Assembly (NCBI GenBank): GCA_001001205.1
Contig: LCKE01000001.1
Span: 8,208 to 72,207, forward strand
Direction of reading: 5' to 3'
Source of the DNA: Parcubacteria group bacterium GW2011_GWF2_45_11
GTDB lineage: Bacteria; Patescibacteriota; Patescibacteriia; UBA1558; UBA10009
Length of the DNA: 64,000 bases
In this document: one piece after another, positions 58,478-64,000 of the stretch
How the letters are laid out: each line of letters opens with the position of its first letter
Numbering within the stretch: position 1 is the stretch's first letter
Program-made: the position numbers and the translations under genes
Notes under the pieces: generated by a model
The model's database searches: none
What the model was told of the DNA's origin: nothing
What the model saw: only the letters and a program-made list of their open reading frames with translations

Positions 58478-59724
58478 AAAAACGATCATTCTTAACCATT
58501 CTCATTTTTTTGACCATTGGCCTCTGTTTAGCGCCGCTTAACTTAAGTTTGGCCCAAGATAACCTAGGCGTTGCGTCTTTGACCGAAGAGTTGGACCCGG
58601 CCATACAGGAGCTTAAAGACGAAATCAGCAAATACCAAAGTCAGGTGGAAAAACTGAAAAAACAGCAAAATTCTTACGAGGCCAGCCTTAAAATCAAGCA
58701 CCAGCAAATTAATAATCTTAAAAACCAGCTGGGCATCCTTGATGACAGCATCGCCAAGCTTATTTTGGAAATTCAAACCACTCAGCTGCAAATTGAGCAG
58801 ACTAATCTGGAAATCCAAAACCTGAACCTGCAAATTGAACGCCAGGTGATAGAAATACAAAATTATCAGGCCAAAATGGCGGGCGTCCTCAGAACGATTG
58901 ATAAAAAAGACCGAAAAAAAAGTCACCTTGAGGCTTTGGTCTTACAGGGCACTTTGGGCAGTTTTTTTGAAGAACTAAACCAGCTCCAGTCTTTGGAAAA
59001 CACCCTTAATAAGGGGCTGAACGATTTAACTCAGCTCAAAAATGAACTGGAGGGAAAAAAATCCAGCTTAGAAACCAGAAAAGATCAGCTGAACAACCTC
59101 AAGGATAAACTGCTGTCACAATCGGAAAGCCTGGAAGGGGACAGGAACGTCAAAGACAATTTACTGGACCAAACCAGGGGCGAAGAAGGCAAATTTCAGC
59201 AATTACTGGAACAGCTGAAAGCGGAGCAGTCCGAAATTGAATCAAGCATCCAAAATCTGGAAGTGGAAGCCAGACGGAGGATCCTGGAAACCGAAGGCAT
59301 CCTGCCTTCAGACGCCGGCTTTATTTGGCCGGTGCCGTCCAGAAAAATTACTACCAATTTTCACGATCCTGATTATCCTTTCCGCTACATTTTTGAACAC
59401 CCGGCCATTGATATCGGTTCAACGCCCCAGGGCACGGCCGTTAGGGCCGCCCGTTCCGGCTATGTTGCCAGGGTAAAATACGACGGCAATTCCAATTATG
59501 CTTATATTCTTCTAGTCCATAACGGCGGACTGTCCACCGTTTATGGCCACATCAGCAAACCCTACGTCACCGAGGATTCTTTCGTCGTCCAGGGCGAAGT
59601 CATCGCCTTATCCGGCGGCATGCCCGGCACCACCGGCGCCGGCCGCCTAACCACCGGACCGCATTTGCATTTTGAAGTCAGGCTAAACGGCATTCCGGTC
59701 AACCCGCTCCAATATTTGCCATAA
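58474..59724 (+). CDS. Secreted coiled-coil M23 endopeptidase
   Basis: Signal peptide, long coiled coil, HPAID (HxxxD), YGH, and GPHLHFEVR. Confidence 0.92.
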   Translation: MKKRSFLTILIFLTIGLCLAPLNLSLAQDNLGVASLTEELDPAIQELKDEISKYQSQVEKLKKQQNSYEASLKIKHQQINNLKNQLGILDDSIAKLILEIQTTQLQIEQTNLEIQNLNLQIERQVIEIQNYQAKMAGVLRTIDKKDRKKSHLEALVLQGTLGSFFEELNQLQSLENTLNKGLNDLTQLKNELEGKKSSLETRKDQLNNLKDKLLSQSESLEGDRNVKDNLLDQTRGEEGKFQQLLEQLKAEQSEIESSIQNLEVEARRRILETEGILPSDAGFIWPVPSRKITTNFHDPDYPFRYIFEHPAIDIGSTPQGTAVRAARSGYVARVKYDGNSNYAYILLVHNGGLSTVYGHISKPYVTEDSFVVQGEVIALSGGMPGTTGAGRLTTGPHLHFEVRLNGIPVNPLQYLP

Positions 59725-59820
59725 ATAAAAAACTTGTTTTTTGTTTTTTGTTGTTGTTTTTTTTTGCCGTTTGTTTAATAAGCGCAAATAAGGCATTTAA
59801 AACAAAAAGGGACAAGTTTT

Positions 59821-59955
59821 TTATTTTTCAAAAAATGACCAGATGACCATAATTAAAGCAAGCGTAATAACATACGCCCAAACGCTCACTTCGTTCTGGA
59901 TCATCACCAGAATAACTATCACAGACATTAATAAAAAAACAATCCTTTTACCCAT
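59821..59955 (-). CDS. 44-aa two-TM membrane peptide (not in the ORF track)
   Basis: MGKRIVFLLMSVIVILVMIQNEVSVWAYVITLALIMVIWSFFEK*. Promoter TTGACA-N17-TAGTTT (60008-59980). Confidence 0.6.
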   Translation of the reverse strand: MGKRIVFLLMSVIVILVMIQNEVSVWAYVITLALIMVIWSFFEK

Positions 59956-60009
59956 ATTTACTTCTTGTTTTAATCGTTTAAACTAACAAAAAATGGTATT
60001 TTTGTCAAC

Positions 60010-60092
60010 AGCCAAAATTTAGCCTGTCAAAATTTAGCCAAAATTTAGCCTGTCAAAATTTAGACACAGACAAAATTTTAGACTAAATTTTA
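60010..60092. repeat. CAAAATTTAG repeat cluster including a perfect 26-bp tandem duplication
   Basis: AGCCAAAATTTAGCCTGTCAAAATTT at 60010-60035 and 60036-60061. Further cores at 60071 and, inverted, at 60083. Confidence 0.88.
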
Positions 60093-60135
60093 ATGTAAAC
60101 GAAAAATAGAAATATCATAGACAAAATTTTAAAAA

Positions 60136-61104
60136 TTACCGCAAAGGGTGAAACTTAGTATGGACCTCTTGAGCGTAACGATCAGAAGCGTGAACGTACC
60201 GAGTGGTCGTATCCAAAGACTCATGGCCTAAAAGCACTTGAATGGCCGCCGGATTAGCGCCTTCCTCGGCCAAATAGGTGGCAAAACCGTGCCTTAACGA
60301 ATGAGCGGAAATGGGAGTATTGATTCTTAAAATTTCCCGATAATGCTTAATCCTTGCCTGAAGATAATTAGGTGAAATTTTCTTATTTTTATCAGCGGCG
60401 TTACGTCCCCTTAAGGGCGTGTACAAAAAATCCGAATGATCTTTGGCTTCGGCCAGATAATTTTTAAGGTGAGCTATGGCTCTGGGAGTCAGATAAACAA
60501 ATCTTTCTTTTTTGCCTTTGCCCATAATAAATATCTTGCCGGTGTCGTCAATCTGGCTCTTTTTAAGATTAATCAGCTCGGAGATCCTCATGCCGGTGGC
60601 AAAGAGCATCTCCAGCATCGCCCGATTACGCAAGCCCACCGGTTTATTTTTTTCCAGCTTGAGTGGTGATTCAATCAATTTAACCAGATCATTAAATTCC
60701 GCCACCCTAGGGTGTTTTCGTTCGGTTTTAACCAGCTTGATCGCTTCTGGTGAAATGGGCGACTGATAGTCAAAATCTATTAAAAATTTCAAATAAGAAC
60801 GCAAGGCCGAAAGAATCCGGTTAATGGAATAACTGGCCAAACGCACCTGGCCTTTGTGGTGCCTGGGCGTCTGGCGGTCGATAGAGGAGAGGTAAGCCTT
60901 ATAATTCAAAATAAAACGCTTATCAAGCTGGCTGAATTTTACTTTAGTGTTGCTCAAAAAATCCTGAAAAATATTCAAGTCGCGTTCATAATTATAAACC
61001 GTTTCCGGGGAATAATAATTTGTCTGCAGATGCAATAAAAACTCATCCAAAAGGGGGAGTGAGGCAGTGGCCGATTGTTTTTTGGCTTTTTGGGGCTTCA
61101 GCAT
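60136..61104 (-). CDS. Tyrosine recombinase, XerC/XerD family
   Basis: RNRAMLEMLFATGMRISEL, GKGKKER, HSLRHGFAT, LLGHESLDTTTRY. The full R-K-H-R-H-Y set is present. Confidence 0.95.
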   Translation of the reverse strand: MLKPQKAKKQSATASLPLLDEFLLHLQTNYYSPETVYNYERDLNIFQDFLSNTKVKFSQLDKRFILNYKAYLSSIDRQTPRHHKGQVRLASYSINRILSALRSYLKFLIDFDYQSPISPEAIKLVKTERKHPRVAEFNDLVKLIESPLKLEKNKPVGLRNRAMLEMLFATGMRISELINLKKSQIDDTGKIFIMGKGKKERFVYLTPRAIAHLKNYLAEAKDHSDFLYTPLRGRNAADKNKKISPNYLQARIKHYREILRINTPISAHSLRHGFATYLAEEGANPAAIQVLLGHESLDTTTRYVHASDRYAQEVHTKFHPLR

Positions 61105-61110
61105 AATTTA

Positions 61111-61138
61111 ACTGAGTGTAAGGGATATTATACTCAGT
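61111..61138. promoter_or_regulatory. Putative dif-like Xer binding/recombination site (11-6-11)
   Basis: ACTGAGTGTAA-GGGATA-TTATACTCAGT. The arms are 10/11 inverted. Lies 6 bp upstream of the xer start. Confidence 0.65.
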
Positions 61139-61175
61139 TTATCATATTTACTTAAAAAGGCAAACAGAGGCCTTT

Positions 61176-62051
61176 TTACTTATAAATAACCTGGTTATCT
61201 AGGCGCAGATTAATATAATCAACCTTGTTCAAATCTATTTTACCCGCCTCCAAGGAACGTTTTAGCTTATTCAACTGCTGATCCAAACCTAAAGCCGGCG
61301 TCAAATGGATTTCAAAGCCCTGTTTGGTGCTAAGCCTGATAAAATTAGCCTTGGTGCTGTCCACCCGGAATGAATCAAGCTCAGTGGCCGGCAACCCAAA
61401 TTCAGCGAATTTTTCGTAAGCCTCCGCAATAAAGTTAATCATGCCGGAATCCAGCACCCGGTCGCCGACCGCCACCAGCGACTCGGAATTATCATAAATC
61501 ACCGGTAAGCCGACGTTGACCATTTCCCTGGCCGGCACTTCTTTGAATATTTCCCCGTCTAGATTAAAAAGATAAATGACTTCATTCGTCACCCAGATGA
61601 ATTGTCCGGCTCTTTCGATTAATTCAACCAATAAAGTATCGGGCGGAATTTTTTCAACGGACAACTCATCCAGCAAATACTTTTTTTGAAAATCCCGCTG
61701 CAATTTCTTTTCGCTAAAAAAGAAATAATTATCCTGCGGAAAAACCAGCCAGCTGTACCGCCGGATAGACTGCCAAATGACCTCTTCTATCTCCGCAATG
61801 GGCGCTTCAACATGACCGCTGATTACCACGTGCTTAATCTTAAAACTTTCCGAATAAAACAAAAGATAAACTAAAAAAATGATCAAAACTATGCCCAGAT
61901 ACCTTAAAACCCGGCGCCTGAGGCTAACCGCCCGCTCGTGCAGGTACTCGTAGGTTCTTTTGCTCCTGGTAACTCTGCCCGCTGACTGGCCGCTGGACCT
62001 GGGCGTTTGCGCTTTACTGGTAAACTTTGACCTGGAGTAATCTCTTTTCAT
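61176..62051 (-). CDS. ftsQ: Cell division protein FtsQ/DivIB-like (POTRA)
   Basis: Basic N-terminal tail, one TM helix, FKIKHVVISG, PDTLLVELIER, YINLR. Follows ddl. Confidence 0.75.
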   Translation of the reverse strand: MKRDYSRSKFTSKAQTPRSSGQSAGRVTRSKRTYEYLHERAVSLRRRVLRYLGIVLIIFLVYLLFYSESFKIKHVVISGHVEAPIAEIEEVIWQSIRRYSWLVFPQDNYFFFSEKKLQRDFQKKYLLDELSVEKIPPDTLLVELIERAGQFIWVTNEVIYLFNLDGEIFKEVPAREMVNVGLPVIYDNSESLVAVGDRVLDSGMINFIAEAYEKFAEFGLPATELDSFRVDSTKANFIRLSTKQGFEIHLTPALGLDQQLNKLKRSLEAGKIDLNKVDYINLRLDNQVIYK

Positions 62052-62056
62052 GAAAG

Positions 62057-63190
62057 TTAATAGTTAGCCTGCCAGCCCGCGTCAATATCATCAAACGAGG
62101 TTTTTAAGGCGTTTTTTTCCTGATGCCTGGCCAAAGCCAGCTCAATCAGCCGGTCAATCAATTTATCGTAAGGCAAACCGCTGGCCTGCCATAATTTGGG
62201 ATACATGCTGATTTTGGTAAACCCCGGCACGGTATTAACTTCATTGAGGTAAATCCGGCCCGCGGGATCAAGCAAAAAATCCACCCGGGCCATGCCGGAC
62301 AAATCCAGGGCCTTAAAAGCTGTCAGTGACAACTCTTGAATTTTTCGGACGACCGGCTCGTCCAATTTCGCCGGCACTGCCAAACCGGCACCGTTCTCGT
62401 CCACGTACTTGGCTTCATAAGAATAAAATTCGTGATGCGGGATGATTTCTCCCGGGACCGACGCCTCTGGCTCATCATTGCCCAAAACGGCGCATTCAAT
62501 CTCCCGGTTGTTTTCAATTGATTTTTCCACGATCGCCCGGCGGTCATATTTAAAAGCCTCGGCCAGGGCCCGGGCCAGGCCGGCCGGGTCTTTAACCTTG
62601 CTGATGCCCACGGATGAACCTAAGTTGGCCGGTTTAACAAATACGGGATAAGTCAGCTCCGCGGCGACGGTTTTTAATACCTCAAGCTCACCCGCCAGCC
62701 AGTCTTTTTTTAACACAAGGACAAAGTCGGGCGTTAGTAAACCCGCCTGCCTGAAGAGATTTTTCATGATCACCTTATCCATGCCCACTGCCGAGCCCAA
62801 AACGCCGCAGCCGACGTAAGGCAGATTGGCCATTTCCAAAAGCCCTTGGAGTTTGCCGTCTTCGCCGTAAGTGCCGTGAATCAAAGGAATAACCACATCC
62901 AGGGCGGTTTCAGCAGCCAGGCCGTCCGGCTTTAAGGAAACCAAAGACTGATGATTGGGATCAGGCAACAAAATCTTTTCGGCTAACTGCTGGTTGGACA
63001 TACCGGCTTTTAAAGATTCAACCGTGCCCGGACCGGAAATCCATTGGCCGGTCTTGGTTATGCCAATCGACACCACATCATATTTATCTTTGTTCAAAGC
63101 CTTGATGACTGAGGAGGCGGAGACCACCGAAACCTCATGTTCGCCGCTCCTGCCGCCCATCATCACCCCCACCCTCAATTTTTTAGGCAT
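62057..63190 (-). CDS. ddl: D-alanine--D-alanine ligase
   Basis: Motifs GGRSGEHEVS, HGTYGEDG, GSSVG, YSYEAKY, NEVNTVPG. Confidence 0.97.
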   Translation of the reverse strand: MPKKLRVGVMMGGRSGEHEVSVVSASSVIKALNKDKYDVVSIGITKTGQWISGPGTVESLKAGMSNQQLAEKILLPDPNHQSLVSLKPDGLAAETALDVVIPLIHGTYGEDGKLQGLLEMANLPYVGCGVLGSAVGMDKVIMKNLFRQAGLLTPDFVLVLKKDWLAGELEVLKTVAAELTYPVFVKPANLGSSVGISKVKDPAGLARALAEAFKYDRRAIVEKSIENNREIECAVLGNDEPEASVPGEIIPHHEFYSYEAKYVDENGAGLAVPAKLDEPVVRKIQELSLTAFKALDLSGMARVDFLLDPAGRIYLNEVNTVPGFTKISMYPKLWQASGLPYDKLIDRLIELALARHQEKNALKTSFDDIDAGWQANY

Positions 63191-63234
63191 ATTTTATGTG
63201 TCGTAAAATATTATTAAGGTGACCGCTGACAATA

Positions 63235-63999
63235 TCATTTAACCGCCACCCGCGGCAGGCAAGGATTAATCCTGGTCACCACTTCGTAATTAATCGTCTG
63301 TAGCTTTTGCGCGAATTCGTTGGCCGTTATCTCTTCCCTGCCCTGCTGGCCGATTAAAACCACTTCATCTTCAATCTCAACCCCCGCTATATCGGTGACG
63401 TCAGCCATAAACATATTCATGCAAATCCGGCCGATAATTTTGGCTCGTTGCCCCCTGACAATCACGTTGCCCAGACTGCCCATGCCCCGATCAAAACCGT
63501 CCCAATAGCCTACCGGGATAACGGCAATCTGGGAATCGCGATAAACCCGCTCGCTGCAACCGTAACCGACTGGCTGGCCCTTTTTTACCGGTTTAATCTG
63601 CGCCACCACGGTCTTCCAGCTTAAAACCGGTTTTAAGGTCAGGGATTTGCGCTGACGGGCGGCGACCAGCTTGGTTTCGTTGCTGCTCCAGAGGCCGTAA
63701 ACACTGATGCCGCTTCTAACCATGTCAAAATAAGTCTGCTGATACAAAATGGCGGCCGCCGAACAAGCAGTATGCAATAAGGGAATATGAATGTGATGGT
63801 CGCTTAAAAGCTTGGCCGACTGCTTAAAAAGACTCAGTTGTTTAAAAGCAAAATCATGATTCAAGGTGTCCTCAATGTTGGCATAATGCGTATAAAGGCC
63901 CTCAATCACCAGGTTTTGCCGCCGGCGGATATAGCGGACAAAATCCAAAAGATTTTCTGGCAAAATGCCCTGCCGGGCCGTTCCCGTTTCCAGCTTAAG
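63235..63999 (-). CDS. alr: Alanine racemase, C-terminal part (5' end outside the window)
   Basis: KLETGTARQG, YTHYA, VRSGISVYG, VGYG, GRICMN, TINYE. The frame is open to the window edge. Confidence 0.93.
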   Translation of the reverse strand, partial: LKLETGTARQGILPENLLDFVRYIRRRQNLVIEGLYTHYANIEDTLNHDFAFKQLSLFKQSAKLLSDHHIHIPLLHTACSAAAILYQQTYFDMVRSGISVYGLWSSNETKLVAARQRKSLTLKPVLSWKTVVAQIKPVKKGQPVGYGCSERVYRDSQIAVIPVGYWDGFDRGMGSLGNVIVRGQRAKIIGRICMNMFMADVTDIAGVEIEDEVVLIGQQGREEITANEFAQKLQTINYEVVTRINPCLPRVAVK

Positions 64000-64000
64000 A

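Noticed and set aside
60136-61104. Prophage or integron integrase
   Set aside because: No phage genes or att duplications, no IntI-specific insertion before the HxLRH motif, and a housekeeping context.

Overview
This 64 kb window is bacterial chromosomal DNA. Gene content points to Patescibacteria/CPR, probably Parcubacteria (inference, not a database result). It is mostly housekeeping and envelope genes: HIT-adenosine kinase-ahcY; rfbB (disrupted)-rfbD-rfbA; murA, an S41 protease, rplI and pyrG; a type IV pilus cluster (pilB, pilC, minor pilins, pilMNO); mraY-murD-ftsW-murG-murC-murB; secA and secDF; an HTH / membrane protein / VirD4-like ATPase / GT2 run; two large secreted surface proteins; fmt-def; AmmeMemoRadiSam genes; gltX, an M23 peptidase, a Xer-family recombinase, and ftsQ-ddl-alr. 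I found no rRNA, no intact tRNA, no CRISPR array and no intact transposase. The best leads are: (1) a near-perfect 11-6-11 dif-like palindrome 6 bp upstream of the lone Xer recombinase; (2) a decayed GIY-YIG gene bounded by 46-bp direct repeats that runs into a tRNA-Gln minihelix; (3) SecD with an inserted parvulin domain; (4) a hairpin motif with an AAAAGGTCG loop ahead of both surface-protein genes; (5) nested palindromic repeats, with one 94-bp inverted pair bracketing the AmmeMemoRadiSam segment; (6) several unannotated small hydrophobic peptide genes with their own expression signals; (7) a PRPP-synthetase homologue with substituted catalytic motifs. All protein calls come from motif recognition by eye, without database searches.
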